Assembly: GCA_052426225.1 (NCBI GenBank)
Contig: JBNJNM010000008.1
Coordinates: forward strand, 1,426,001 to 1,490,000
Source: Zancudomyces culisetae HAW-14-8
Taxonomy: Eukaryota; Fungi; Kickxellomycota
Length of the DNA: 64,000 nt
Direction of reading: 5' to 3'
Part shown: piece after piece, positions 35,811 through 50,096 of the stretch
Position numbering within the stretch: the first letter of the stretch is position 1
How the letters are laid out: every line of letters begins with the position of its first letter
Made by a program: the position numbers and the translations under genes
The notes under the pieces: model-generated
The model's database searches: none
What the model saw: only the letters and a program-made list of their open reading frames with translations
What the model was told of the DNA's origin: nothing

Positions 35811-38159
35811 TTTCTTTTAGTTCTTTTCGAATGTTAATTCCTTTTTTACAAGGTAAAATCGAGCCTTTCCCACGTAGATGTATTGACCAAATCTACTTTA
35901 TCAACAATATTAGTTAGTTATACTGTGAAATGCTATAGTATTTAGATATTCTCAGTTTCTGCCATTTCAAGGGGGAAAAAAAGCAGCGAGCTTTTGGCGG
36001 ATTATATCGAATAAAACGCCTCAGTGTATGTAACACTTTTTTAGAGCATAACAGATGCTACAGCGCACCGCTCTCCCTTGTAACGCAACCATGGTATTAT
36101 ATTCATGTTGCATTTGATTAGGACATATCTACTAGTTCACTCGACAAGTATTGTATGCTCTGTGAAACGCTACTATTTTTTCTTTGTGCCGAGAAAAATC
36201 CGCGTAAACCCAAACAGTACCGTAAACACACGGTTAAATCTACATGGACCACACAAATAACTACTAGCATCTTAACACTTACCCTGCTGTACTAGGCTGT
36301 ATAAATCTCTATTGATCCTGACGTTCCGAAATATCCTTTATTCTGTTGTTTCGGTGTTCGTTCGATAGTTATACCTGTTGTTTTGTTTTCAGTTCTAAAC
36401 CGTCGTTAAATTAGTAGTTTTTTGTTTGTATATTTCCTTTTGTAAACGCTTCTTATAGTTGTATTTCCTCGCTCGAAAACAAAATAGGTGGTATTACTAC
36501 TTTATTTTATTTGTTTTCTTTTGAACAAATAGACTTTGAAGAGTGATATCCGAAATACAAGAAAAATCGATTTATTTCCTTTAGTTTTTTTGTTTTTTTT
36601 TGCTAAGGATATTATATAGATTATCCACTTGCGAAATTAAATGAGCGAAAAAATCATTAACGTAAAAAATAAAACAAGGAGATATTTAAAAGAGGTAAAA
36701 AGGGGAGTTTTTTAAACACAGCTTCATATTTAGGTTATTCCTTTCTGTTTCTTTCCACTTGGATATACGGTACTAATTTGACTCTTTGTGTTACGAAAGT
36801 GCTTTTTACCCGTAATATCCATCTACTTGTGCCTTTGCAGGCTGCTTTTTTAAATACCAACACTCTTTACAGCACTCCAGCCTATTACATAAAACTAATA
36901 GGTTCAATTTTGGCGCCAATTATGTACGTTTGTTTTTTCGTCTTCCAATGTATTGTATCACTGGAATCCAGTCCAACACAAAATTAAAAAAAAGCAAACG
37001 AACAAACCAATGCTAGTTATCAATGCTCTTTATACAGAGCTGCATAAATTAAAATTGAGCTCGTGCTTTAAAGCGATATTCCAGAATACAGTAAAGAATG
37101 CTGCATACAACATGCATATAGACTTGACTATGTAGCCTACATTAATGTACCTCTACCATGCTTACTCCCTATACATATACCCACAGGCACGTCTGCGTTT
37201 ATCCATTAATGTCATTTTTAATATAACCAACCTTCACCTTGAAGGGGGAGACCTCATTTATCCTTTTTCCAGCTTTTAGAGGGATCATGGATAATATTAA
37301 TCCTGCATCTGCCCTATCATTTTTTTGGCCGGAGTTTGTGCGTTGGGGTTTTGTGATATTTGATTTGTTTTGATTTGGAATTTTAAATTAATTATGTAAA
37401 GCATTAGAAACTTGCCCAATAGTTGCTAGTATTCAATTAAAATACAACAACGGATTATATCACCTCCGCCTTTATCCATGGTTAAAATATACGCATATTC
37501 AAGATCGAACATCATATAAAGCCCAGCATTTTCCACAGACTATACATCTTGTACATTGGGATAGCTCTATCTATGTTTAATTTTACGTCTCTCCCACGTC
37601 CTATTCGTCAGTATATATTATACTAACTGGTACAGCAGCTTAATGTGGGGGAGAAAGAAATTACGGTTACATAAGCAAATCTGACGGGGATTGGATCCCT
37701 CTAAATATTAATTGGAGAATATATTGGATATATGGGAGGTGGAGAGGAGCAGAATTATAAAATGAAAAAAAGAGTATGCTGTCTCACACGTCTTTTGTAA
37801 AACTTCTAGACTTGTGAGCAATCCCCCCCCTCCCCTCCCCCACCACTACTCATGAATTTTGACATAGATTCGCAAATTGCATAAAAAGGTATTTTAGAAG
37901 TATGCACCTGGTGCAATATGATGTGGATAAATACCCGTTGCTTACTCTAGTCTTTTTGGGATGCACTTTTGGTAACATATACGCATAAAAAATAAAAATG
38001 GCGTGCTAAAGAGCTGGAGTACTGAATATGGGAAGTAGCAACAATCTCTGTGATGTGGTGTTAGGTGGTTTTGTATTCTCTTGAATCCCTTCAGTGTCTG
38101 GGTCTATTCTGAATTTTACAGTTTCACTTTGCATCTCCCCTTCTCATATATCTACTCTC

Positions 38160-38213
38160 ACATACATACATATAATTACATATACATACATACATACATA
38201 CATACATACATAC
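38160..38213. repeat. (CATA)n microsatellite
   Basis: Directly visible. Confidence 0.8.
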
Positions 38214-39121
38214 ACTTAACGAAAACTCACCAACCATTTTCGAACAAATCCCACAAAAGTCAGTATTACAAACAATGTAACTTCGTATTTAGCTAAAATA
38301 TACTTACATTCAAACTTATAACACCATATTCTACTAGTTTGGTCAAAAACAGTAAAATACAAATAAAAGGCGATTATAAAATGTATCAAGACGGCTGAAA
38401 GGAAATTGGCCTTTAATTTGCAAAAGCTAATTCATGTTCTAACCAAAAAGCCGAATCGCCTCATTCATCATTGATATAAAACCAAACCCATATAATTCCA
38501 ATGAAAATGCTAGGATAAGTTTTTAATTTTGCTAAAAAAAATTGATCCAATTTCATTAAAAGGCAATAATACAAAAATGACCATAAAACAAGAAATACCA
38601 AATACTGTGTAACTATCGAGTTGCATAATTGGGATATATATAGCTTTAATACCACTCCCAACTGTCTATAAATAGACACATTAACGCGAGTACAAGAAAT
38701 GCGTTCAATTGTATTTGTGTGTAATTCGCCGGGTTGATGATTTTGGCATTTTAGTAGATAAATCACCTTTTTGTTCTACAGTATTCAATAGGCCTACTCA
38801 CTATTCCTTCACCCCTGTTCCCGCCTCCAGTGAGTGGAAAGCGTGATTTTTATTGTCTTAAAACATATTTTACATATACCCAGTAAACTGTGAGAATAAT
38901 TCTCTTTTTGTAGTAGCGTATAATTAAAATACCTGTCAAACACAAGGAGGACAAATTACCATTGTTCATATAGCAGGACCCATCGCTTTAGGCAGGTGAA
39001 AAACATTCTCTTACGCGTTCAAACGCAGTTTTATTGGCAGAAAAGGAATGCATGCAAATATCTAAAAGTATTTACCGAAAGCTTGTCTTTAGACCCAATA
39101 TTCAAAAAATAAACAACTGAG

Positions 39122-40954
39122 CTAAAGTTTTGCCACAACTACATTTGCTAAATCATCTGCGTCGTCTGAGCTGGTTTGACTATCAACCAACTCTGGCGGC
39201 GCACTATAAAAGGTAAAATCCCCCCGGTATAGGGGTGATGGCTGTGCGGGAACACAAAGGTGTTCCTGACATATTGTAGCTATATGTACTCCTGTTTTCG
39301 GATTAAATATTTTTCCAATGGAAACGGATCGCTCACCAGCGGCCCTTTCACTATCCAGCTCGTATAAAAACCAGTCGACAGCATCAATATCGTACGTATG
39401 GAAACGTATAGTATGATCTAAACTCATCATTGCCTTTAGTTTGCCTTTATTATGGTTGTAGCCATAAAGATGTGGAAGGTTTGCTGCAATGATCAATCTG
39501 AGATCTGAAATCATTGCTAGAAGAATAACGTGTAGATTTGTATTTTCTTTGCTGATATTTAAGTGTATTTTTAACCAAAAATTGTAGTATGGTGTTTTAA
39601 TATGCTTTTCACTGAATTCGAGCATTTTCTGGTCAGACAGTTCATCCAAGTCTTTTTTTACCGCCATTCTATAGTTTTGGTTTTGTTCATAGTCCTTGGG
39701 GATGGCTACTGCATGAGTAGTAAGAATATCCTTCATGACCATCCTGCTGAAATCCACTGGAAATCTAGAGAAATATAAGTGTCCACTATCACTATTTTTA
39801 TCACCTAATATCTTATTTTCATATCCAGGCGGAAGAACTTTAGGCATCTCATACTATATGTTATTTAAATTTTAAGTTATACAATGTATGAGACAGCAAT
39901 AGCAGCCTACGTTCGGCTTAAAAAAAAACTGTTTAGAAGAAAATATGTGTGAAAAGAAAGCCTTTTCTTGTAAACTGAGCAATGAAAGTGTATATATATA
40001 TCAGGTGGGCGCCAATGTCTAATGTAAGAAAATATTACCTGGTGACTAGGTGCCACTTTTAAGTTTGGTTTGTGAAAGCTGCATGACATTGTATATATCT
40101 GCTTTCCGCTTTGAACTGCAACCACACGTCTCGAAACAAAGCTTTTGCCTAAGAATTTATTAACGAATATTAATAACCAAGGCTAGTCAAAACACCCCCG
40201 CAGTGAGTAATATATAGTACAGGACATACCATCTCTGATTCTCTCTACATGATAGCTTAGTGGAACTTTATATTTTGCTCCAATATGAAAGTATGATGTC
40301 AAGGACTATTTGCAAGAGTAATATACGTTTATAAAAGATATTTGCACCAAATTCAAAGAAATAGTATATCTAGATACAAATACATACATTAATTATAAAC
40401 CCTTCCTCGACTGTAAGAGCAGCAGCGGCTAAAGATTGCCCTATTAGCTGACCACCTATGGATAGAATCAAAGTATTCAGTATTTAGATAATACTTAGCC
40501 CACTTACTCGAAGCAGGGTTTACGCGATCCTCATACGCTCACCAAAAGATAACCATCATCGAAAAATTAAAAATTAAAAAAAGAACTAGAAACGATATGT
40601 ATAGATATATACACTAGGGTTGCTCGCGCGTAGCGCTATTTTTAAAAAAATGCAAACTGTTACATACCATACACTGACACGCCAACGGGGAAGTACCAAT
40701 CATTTTTTGTGAAGTATTCGTTTTCGTTGACCTCTATTTGTTTAAGCACGTTCCTTTATATATCGATTGTCATTTGCAAGGGTTATGCTGTATATCATAA
40801 CTAATAACTGATATTTAACTAACAGGCTATCTCCTCGAAACTCCTTAGGACATATATCTATTCGTGCCTGAAAAAAAAATAATACACGTTGGTGCAAACA
40901 GCACTTACTCTCTATAGACAATACGTCCGCTATTTCTTGTGCGTGGCTCCTCAT
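39122..40954 (-). CDS. TES1: Peroxisomal acyl-CoA thioesterase II (TesB/Tes1/ACOT8), multi-exon
   Basis: Exons give VYGGQLIGQSLAAA, SLTSYF...YHVERIRDG/KSFVSRRVVAVQ, ISD, SLDHTIRFH and ATICQE, with a C-terminal PTS1 tripeptide AKL. Confidence 0.9.
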
Positions 40955-42327
40955 CTTCGTTTGAAAATCCTTCAATAGCTTTTTGGGGTGCGATATACTT
41001 AAAAAAAGACTGCTTAGTAGTATATAAAACCCTTTTTTTTTACAAAAGTTGTATTGCTGAATTAATGCTGTTCTGTTGTTGACAACTCTCAAAAAAAATT
41101 AGGATTAATGTAGAAAAAGTGATATCTCAAACGAAAACGAAAACACAGAAATGTGATAAATTAGATGCACGTGAAATTGGTAAATTTGGCTTGTACCCTT
41201 TTTTCTCTTTGTACCAGCCCAGTATCAATATGAATTTGAGTACAATAGCTCATTTGCACCACTCTCTTTTATCTCCCATTCCTTTTCTTTGTAAAGTTTC
41301 ACACTGCATAGAGGGTTGAAACGAAAAGAGTACTTAATTTAAGAATATGAACTCGCAAACCCCCCATTTCCCCCCTGTTTTCTACGATGTTTATGCAGAC
41401 CCTTATTTTCTAACCCCAAACCAAGATAAAACCAGGAAATATGCACAAAAAAAAGCTAGTGCGTGTAACTTTGAGCATAAATCAATATACAACACCTTTT
41501 CCTTTAGCTCCTTCTGGTACTTTAAATAATAAAATAAATATGGAACAACAAATTACCCAGCCTTGTATAAAAATTATGTGTTGTGTTGTGTTGTGTATTT
41601 GAAGCTAATTTGTTTGATTTGACATATAAGTGTATTCACAAAACCCCTATCTATACAAAATAAATGGAAAAGGTTTCGCATGTCTTCCTCCCTATCTCTT
41701 CCACCCACCATCTCACTCCCACCCTCTCTCCTCCAACAGCCAAACCACACATTTTTATTTTTAGTCTTTTCAGCTCATTTAAAACGTCAAGGCGATTTGT
41801 ATACAGCTCCACAGATATGCACTGGGCCGCTAGAGCATAGCTACAGTCCCTAGCCTTTTTTTTCTAGGTAACTTCCTGTGTAACTCCGTTTTTCACCTAA
41901 AGGTAAACGCTTTTGCTGCGCATTAAAAATAAAAGAAGGAATTAAGTGCAAGCAAATAGTATTCACCATTTTCAGTAAATCCAAAACCAATCAGTATGTC
42001 AATTTAGAAACTCCTGTTAAATTTACAAGCAAAAGCGTCGAATCAAAGGAATATTTAAATTGGATCAATCCTCAATTAATGACTCCCTGAAATAAGCGCC
42101 TGATTCTCATATATTCACACCCTTTTGAAAAAAATTGTCAACCTGAACTTCACTATATTTGGTGTTTTATGACTTGGAAGGGTAAAGATAGAATAGCTAT
42201 TGTACTACAGAGAATAAAAAAAACGACTATATAAGAGAGTATAAATCTTTGGAATACTTTACAGGCCAGTAGAAAGAGAAGATATAAATACATCACTAGC
42301 AAATTTGCAGCCCACAACTTGCAGAAA

Positions 42328-43545
42328 ATGGTGACCACACGGTCGAGTCGAAAAGCGGATACCAAAGACAAAGTCGTTTTGCCTACACATGGTCAAAATA
42401 CAAAAAGAAAAATGGCGTCTACCAATGCGGAATGTTCAACTCAAGCTAAAAATGACGATTGTGTTGATGCTGATGTTGGTGTTATTGAAAAAAAGGATAC
42501 TAAAAGAGCCAGAAAACCTCGTGGTGGGAATTCTTCAGTTGAATCGAAACCTCGAAAGCCAGCAGCTAAAAATAAAACTAAGGAGGAAAACGTCAAAAAA
42601 GAATCACATGAAATTAAGCCTTCTACAAAGTTACAAAAAGAGATCTTTTTGAAAAACATTACCAACCAAGAACTTAAAGATGGGATAGCACACTTGATAG
42701 AGGTAGATATGAAGCTAGCGGATTTTATGATACATCTGAACAAAACGCCGATTGAAATTTTTGTTCAAAAAGATACATTTGATGTAAAGGAGGGCAAAAA
42801 GGAAGATAAAAAGGAGCTTACTGACCCAATCAGTGAAAAAGAGAATGGAGAGGTAGAGGTAGAGGTAGAGGTAGATGTAGAAGCAGATAATTTATATTAT
42901 ATAGAGCATGATCCAGAAAGAGGATCATCACCCGGCGCAAAATCCGCATTTCAGGTACTTGTTCGATCAATTATAGGACAACAGATTTCAAATATTGCAT
43001 GCAAAAATATATATAACCGGTTCATAAATATGTTTGATGAACTAAAAGCAGAGCCTGATATTCGAAAAACCTTTGCAGAAACCAATCCTCCAACTCCTGG
43101 GACTCAACTTGTGCGCTTTCCAAAGCCATCAGAACTAATGAATGTAGAGGAAGAATCACTAAGAAGTGTTGGTTTGTCACTGAGAAAAGCAGGATATCTT
43201 AAATCGCTTTCAAAGTTTTTTTATGAAAAAAAGATGACTGACGAAAAACTACATCGACTAAATGAACAAGAAATATCTAAACTGCTGATACAGATAGACG
43301 GTATTGGTCAATGGACTATAGACATGCTTCTGATCTTTCATCTAAAGTATTACGATGTGCTTCCAAAAGCAGATCTTGTTGTGAGGAAAGGAATAGCACA
43401 CCACTTCAATGTTCCATTTAAGCAAATAGAAAAAATAAACAAAACCAATGATGCAGCAATAGATCAGATGACAACACTGTGGAAGCCATATAGATCAATA
43501 GCCACCTGGTATATGTACCAACTAAAGCATTTCCTTAAGCCGTGA
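42328..43545 (+). CDS. MAG1: DNA-3-methyladenine glycosylase (Mag1/AlkA, HhH-GPD)
   Basis: FQVLVRSIIGQQIS, LRSVGLSLRKAGYL, HhH LIQIDGIGQWTIDM, catalytic Asp in LPKADL and WKPYRSIATWY; basic disordered N-terminus. Confidence 0.93.
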   Translation: MVTTRSSRKADTKDKVVLPTHGQNTKRKMASTNAECSTQAKNDDCVDADVGVIEKKDTKRARKPRGGNSSVESKPRKPAAKNKTKEENVKKESHEIKPSTKLQKEIFLKNITNQELKDGIAHLIEVDMKLADFMIHLNKTPIEIFVQKDTFDVKEGKKEDKKELTDPISEKENGEVEVEVEVDVEADNLYYIEHDPERGSSPGAKSAFQVLVRSIIGQQISNIACKNIYNRFINMFDELKAEPDIRKTFAETNPPTPGTQLVRFPKPSELMNVEEESLRSVGLSLRKAGYLKSLSKFFYEKKMTDEKLHRLNEQEISKLLIQIDGIGQWTIDMLLIFHLKYYDVLPKADLVVRKGIAHHFNVPFKQIEKINKTNDAAIDQMTTLWKPYRSIATWYMYQLKHFLKP

Positions 43546-44151
43546 CCCCCCGTCTTGAGTTCTCTTCTTCAATATCACTGCTTTTCCTATTAATACCTTG
43601 TGCTTTTTGGTTGTTTGTGATAAATGTGCTTTGTCCAGCTTTTAAGAAATATATTAAGCCTGTAATTTTTTTTTCTTCAATAAAGCATAAAATCATATCA
43701 CCATGGTAGTGCCGTCAACCCCTCCCCCCCCAAAAAAATATAGTGAATGGCTTATACTCTTTTAATTAAGGTGCAAAATGCCAGATAAAACATAAGAATT
43801 AGTTTATTACAGGTTATTAAAGGGTAATATCTCTTCTTTTAACAAAAAAACGAAAAACGTTGGTAAAACCAAAGATGAAATATAATGATACTCTAAAAGA
43901 TGAAAGTGATATTTTCCAAAGGAGGAATGGGGAAGATTCTTGATGCCACATCACCATCTCAGTTAATAATTAAAACCTTCTTAGCACCCATGCTGTAAAA
44001 ATGCTTATAATTTTACTCGCACCACACATCTCACGAGAAAAAAAAGGCACTTAGTGGTGGGAAGATAAAGGGGTAAAGTCGATTTGGGGAATGCTGTGTA
44101 TAGCACCACTACAGAGAATGGCGATGTGTGTGTGGTTCCGACCGCAGTACA

Positions 44152-45683
44152 TTATTTGTTTGTGATGGAGAGAATCAAGAACTATAGTGTACATTTCAAC
44201 GAGTATGAAAATCTGGATCTTATTGTAATTATATGTACTATTTTAGATATAAATGTGGTTGCGGAGTACTTACGTTTTCGTAGTTAACGTTAATCCACCC
44301 ATCGTTGTCTGTATCCAGCTTTTTGAAATTTTCGGTAAGCATCTTGACGGTAACACATGCGTAGATGAACTTGTCAAAGTTAATATCTTTACGACCTATT
44401 GTATTCTGTGTACATTGATATTCGATAGGTTAGTCAGTGAAAGCAAGCACAATCGTATATGTAAGGTCACAATTAAACAGTAGCTATTGAACTTACCATA
44501 TTCATGGGACAGTGTCATTGGTAAACAATATATCGAAGAAAATAAGTTTAGAGAAAGTTTTTGCAATTTAGTATATATAATTTGGTCATATGTACATGGA
44601 AATATAGAACTTGATATAGTGAAAATTACCCATAGTAGCGAATTTTTTCATCAAAGTGTCAACCACATTGTTCGAAACATTAAAGCCGAAAGCCTTCAAG
44701 CTTTCATACAGCTCCCCACGATCAATGGTTCCCGAGCCGTCTTTATCAAATGTTTGGAAGCATTTTTTCCAGTCTTCAATATATTTCCATAGCCTAGTAA
44801 ACTCCTTGAAGTCTATCGTTCCATTCATATCTGAATCAAACATAGATATCATCATTCTAATAGTTTCCATGTCGAATGGTGACCAATCCCCTAGTAAAAT
44901 TTGATTTTCAGAATGTTAATACTCAATCGAAATTTATACACCCTTTTTTTATCAAGTTACCGTTTATCAGTGCTCTTTGTAATTCCCCTGCATCTAATGA
45001 ACCGTTTCCATTTCTATTTTTTAAAACGTATAAAATATTATGTTGGGTTTTGTACCTGTTTAATTTATATCGGATATTTAAATTGCACTTACGTATCAAC
45101 AGCACTGAACCAGTAATGCAATTGTTGTTCTTTGTCCATTTGCGAAGCTACATGAAATAAATTTTAGTACAGAATAAGTCTCTATTAGCAAAACCTCGCA
45201 AATAAAGCAATGTGAATCTTCACTAAACTTACGATCTGCAAAACCAAATTGTGGTCGAGGATTCGCACCCGGTACTCCCCCCGGTACTCCCCCCGGAACT
45301 CCCCCTGGCACTCCTCCTGGCCCTGCTCCTGGTCCTCCTCCTGGTCCTCCTGCTGGCCCTCCTCCTTGGCCACCGCTGTATGGTGGTGGTCTATTATATC
45401 CCTGTCCATAGCCTCCTTGGCCATAGCCTCTTTGATCATATCCCCCTTGTCCATATCCCCCTTGTCCATATCCTCCTTGTCCATATCCCCCCTGCCCATA
45501 ACCTCCTTGCCCATATCCCCCTTGTCCATAACCACCTTGTCCATATCCCCCCTGCCCATAACCTCCTTGCCCATATCCCCCTTGACCATACCCTCCTTGT
45601 CCATAACCTCCTTGTCCATAACCACCTTGTCCATACCCTCCTTGTCCATAACCTCCTTGTCCGCTGTTTCCTTGGAAAGACAT
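44152..45683 (-). CDS. PEF1: Penta-EF-hand protein (peflin/ALG-2, Pef1) with GGYGQ-repeat N-terminus, multi-exon
   Basis: EF-hand exons D/RNGNGSLDAGELQRALING, DWSPFDMETIRMMISMFDSDMNGTIDFKEF, FDKDGSGTIDRGEL, FDKFIYACVTVK and LDTDNDGWINVNYEN/FLILSITNK-stop. Confidence 0.92.
45402..45656 (-). repeat. Coding 15-bp repeat: 14 consecutive GGYGQ units plus three flanking units
   Basis: Counted from the 15-bp periodicity of CCATA on the plus strand. Confidence 0.9.
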
Positions 45684-48600
45684 TACTATTGACTTGCTTG
45701 TTTAAATAATTTGAAACCTTTTCTAATAAAGCTTATGATTTGTTTTATGCTTTTTTTTGTGCCTTTGTTGCTGGCCAAATCAGTATTTATTGCAAGAGCT
45801 TTTATATACTATTTTTTTTTTGGTTTGATATATATCTTAAGATAATTGAGCTTCAGAAAATATATTTTTTTCGCTGGTAATCTTTTGCTGTTACACAAAT
45901 TTCACAGTTTTAAATATTTTTTAGGGCAAAAATCAAGTTATGTGCGGTTTGAGTAGAAATTGGGGGGGGATCCACATTTGCCTACACGCTCATCAGCTTG
46001 TGCATTGTTTTTTTTTTCTTGCTACAGCATTGTTCGGTCCAAATTGTATTAATTATTTGCCTTGTTTCGAAAGCTGTGAATTGAGAAGTTTTGTGACCGA
46101 CTCTTGGCTATTTTGGCGAATCTTATATTGTTTCAAACAAATACTCAACTCTCATTTTATGTAAATGGGAATATTTTCTAACTGCTTTGAAATACTTTTT
46201 AAAAGCTGGGCTACAATGTCTTTGGTCTGGCTATTCATTCAGACGAAGATTTCACAAAGCAAAGATTGGTTGAAACCACATCTTCTACTTTTTTTTTCTG
46301 GTAAATGATTATTGGCGCTTGTTTTCTCCGGAATGTGGTGGGTAAGCTATGTTTGTAATAAGAAAATCTAGCCTATAATATCGTCCCAAGAGGCAAACTC
46401 ACTTTTGTGGATAGCAATAGCAAAAGCAAGCTTTTTTTCTGGCAAGTACACTATTAGCGGTAGCAACTGAATATAGTTGTGGTAAGCCACCTTGGTAGTT
46501 GCATCCTGTTTTAAAATCATGCTCATAATTTTCCCATCCTAAGATCATTTAGCTTTAGGAACTTTGATATTTCTTCTCTTGGATTTGAACGCGTCTAATT
46601 TGTATCACTTCAATGTTTCGTGCTGAGACTTTTCTCTATCTTTCACAAAAGGCACTTACTCACATTTGCTACATAAAATTGATGTTATCGATGAAGGTAT
46701 GACCCAGTTAGTGCTGTATTTTAGCCAACATTGATCTCCTCATGACTGTCGGATGCGCCTATTGATAATGCACCCTTTGCTGTACAATTGCTAAGACAAA
46801 ATAAATCAATGTGTTTGAAATATTATTAGGAATCGCACACAACAATTTTTTTGCAAAGTAAAATTTTATCGTCGATTTGATTTGACCCACCTATTTCTTT
46901 AGTAAATTATGAGTGGAGTTGAGGTAAGAGAATCAGATTTCCAGAGTTATTACCATAAACAAGCTTTACAAAAAATAAAAGTCTAAAGTTAGAAGATTTG
47001 TATATATGTGGAAAAAAATACCACGTGTACTCAAAAAAAAAAAGAATGCGTAGTTTTGCTCTGCATTCTGTTTCAAAGAACAACGTCACTCCTTTCACCA
47101 CTATCCAAAACAAAATCATCAAGAGGGTAATCAAGTCTTGGATAAAAGCTTGGTCTACACTTTGTGCATATGGTTTGGTTGTGCTTACCTGCATTACTAA
47201 TCCGCACAAGCGCTAAACTTACACCGGTTTGTAGATCAAGTTCATAGCCGCGTTGCAAAAGTGGTGCTTCGAGATAAGACTTCGGGTCACCTGCCTTCGA
47301 AAAAAATATATATTCAAGCTAAACTAGTATATCTGCCTTATTATTATCATTCTCTGTAGTTTATCTGAGACTGTATTTATTGCAGCAGTTCACAGTATAA
47401 CTATACAATAGAAAGAAAAATTATAAAAAAGACTATAAATACAGAGAATTTGTTCTTTTCTTTTTTACCATTACAGTTCTCAGTGAAAAGCATACGTATG
47501 ATGTCAATTGAAATGCTTTACAAAAGTCTTTAGTTGGTTGAATTGTTCTTGGCTTACTTTAATCTCGTTCAAATTACGATTTTACATCTATAAAACGTGT
47601 GTCGTATTGGAAATGATGAAACTAAGAGCTCGTGGTAGTGGTTAATACAAGAGACCATATATGCTCTTAATCTTGGCCAAAAAATTACCATTCTTCTGGT
47701 ACATAGTGGTACCGTTTACAAAGGTAAAATCACTATTCCATACGCACATTTATCATATATGGACACAAAACTGGGATTTATCATCAAGCTAGGGTATTAT
47801 ACTGAGTTTTAAGCATTTTGAAATGGGGTGATCACATTTTATTTCATTTTAGTCGCAATAATATCAGTATGATTCCCTATAATTTCCAGTTTCAGGAACG
47901 ATGCTTTCATCTTGTAAACACTATTGCATAACATAAAGATACCGCTTGAAACAGTCTTGCTACTTCAATAATATTTGTAAATACGAGATAGCCCATAAAT
48001 TACTCGAACTTTTACTTGTATACTTTATTAAAAGTAAGAGGGTTAATATATATATAATACCATTATAAAGCCAGAAGCTACAAACTAGCTATTACTTGGC
48101 AGGATTCTGCACTAATCCCAGTTTACAACAGGTTCACATATGACCACAAGCCAACACAATATCATCTGCATTTACAGTAACTTGCGCACTTTTCCGTATA
48201 TTTATTGTGATACTCGCCAACTCTATTTTTATAAGTTTGGACATTTTACGTGCTGTCAATATACAATCTCCGCTTGCTAGAAAAAGTTTGAAACATCACA
48301 TATCACACCACTTTTTCTTTTATCTTGTTAATTGTGTTTGTGTGTGTAATCTAGCTATGTTTCATCACTGAATCAAAGATTTATACAGGTTATAAACGCC
48401 TACAATCTAAAGCAAATTGTGTTTTCTATTTCTATTAAGCTTCCACCAATGGAATCTACCAACAAACATATTCAAGAACTCAATTGTTCAAATGAACCAT
48501 ACATTCTCATCCTCCCTTCCCCCGCCTCAAAACCTCCCGCTTTGTAGACCGATAAAATCTATTTGAAACGAAATTCCACTAGTTTTATGCATATCGAGTT

Positions 48601-50096
48601 CTTGTTCCTAATACTCCCAACACAAAAGTACTACACAGGTGTTGTGAGGATACTTCTCACAAACCTTACATTGTGGTTCTGTTAGCTTTTATTTAATAAG
48701 ACAGTGTATTTATACCCCCGTATTAATAGGTCAATGGACTTATCAATATTCAGTTTGCTCGCCAGGCTTTGTGTATGAGCTGCTCATACTGATAAGAAGG
48801 GAAAAATAAGTTTGTATACTTGTACTTTTATAGGAGGTAGTCAAGTGAAGGTTATGTTTTTTTTTCATTATTAGTTATTAATCTATTTAGTTGATAACGC
48901 GTGATAGCTAAAAAAATTGTCGCTTTTCATTTTTTGAATGGACTTTATGGTGGTACATTCATTATGATTATCATTCTCACCATTAAACTGGGTACTTTGT
49001 CTCTTATCCCAGTTCGCGCAATGGCTGTATCTATCCACATTGTCAAATTCATACAAATTGAAAACGATCTATCTATCTATTCGCTTTATTTTTGGTATAA
49101 AAAAAAAGACCAGCTTGAGAAAAGCTGCTTTTCTATTTTCTGCTTCGAAGTCTTAGTATTTGTAACGCGATGTTCTGGAAAAAAAAATGCAGGAATGTAA
49201 CGTTCCATTGATAATTCTAGATTACTAGAGTTTCAACCAAACGATAACACTGAATTAGCCGAATTGTTGATTTGTTGGGCTAATTGAGCTTTAAGGTTTT
49301 GAAAACCATTCGCTGGACAATGCAAAAAATATAAAATACGATTTGCTAAGACCTTTTCATGATTTGCTTTATCAGTTACTCTTGAAGACAAAATTTATTG
49401 TTTTAGCTTTTTTTTTTCAAGCATGCATGTGAAATAATGAATCCACAGATGACAAAAAAAAAGGGGGTAATAGGGGGAGGAGAACTAGGCAAAAAAGGCG
49501 AGAAAGGTGGTGGGTGCTATTAAAAATTAGAAGGGCATTATGGCGAAAAAAGTTCATGTAATGATAACAGTGCAATCGTTTGGCTTTAGCTTATTCTCTC
49601 ATTTTACATCAAATATTGCGATTTTGTTTTTTATCATTTTTGGTAAGGTTTGCATTGGTTATTATTTAGAGAAAACTGAGTGACTGTGCCAATTAGGGCC
49701 AAATAAAAAAGGTGCAAAATATCCGCCTTTTAAGCTGTGTATGGTATTTGCTTATTTAAGCGTGCAGATGTGCAAATGTGCAAATGTGAATATTAAGGAT
49801 TTGTTCTTTACAACTGTTTATATTTTAATCAGCCAAAATACCCTACTTAATATTGGTAAAAATAAGGGGTCCATAGTATTGTTATTTCATACTCTTATAT
49901 TTTCAGGAGAAAAAAATCTAAACGGGTTAGACCTTCGATCTGCGCGCTTGTAAAGAAAATAAGGCAGGAAAAACAAGGCTCAAAGTCAAAGGAAGCACCA
50001 CCACCACCACCACGTCTTTAGTTGTAAAGTGGTATACTGTAGTCTATAAACGTTTCGAAAGAAGAGTCAATAAAAAATAATACTACCAGGCACAAT

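Noticed and set aside
45185-45709. Alternative-frame and antisense ORFs over the GGYGQ repeat
   Set aside because: Frame artefacts of a 15-bp coding repeat.
46742-46768. MTVGCAY-TGA, a CxxU-like motif (checked because some early-diverging fungi use selenocysteine)
   Set aside because: Immediately followed by TAA, with no selenoprotein context or recognisable SECIS.
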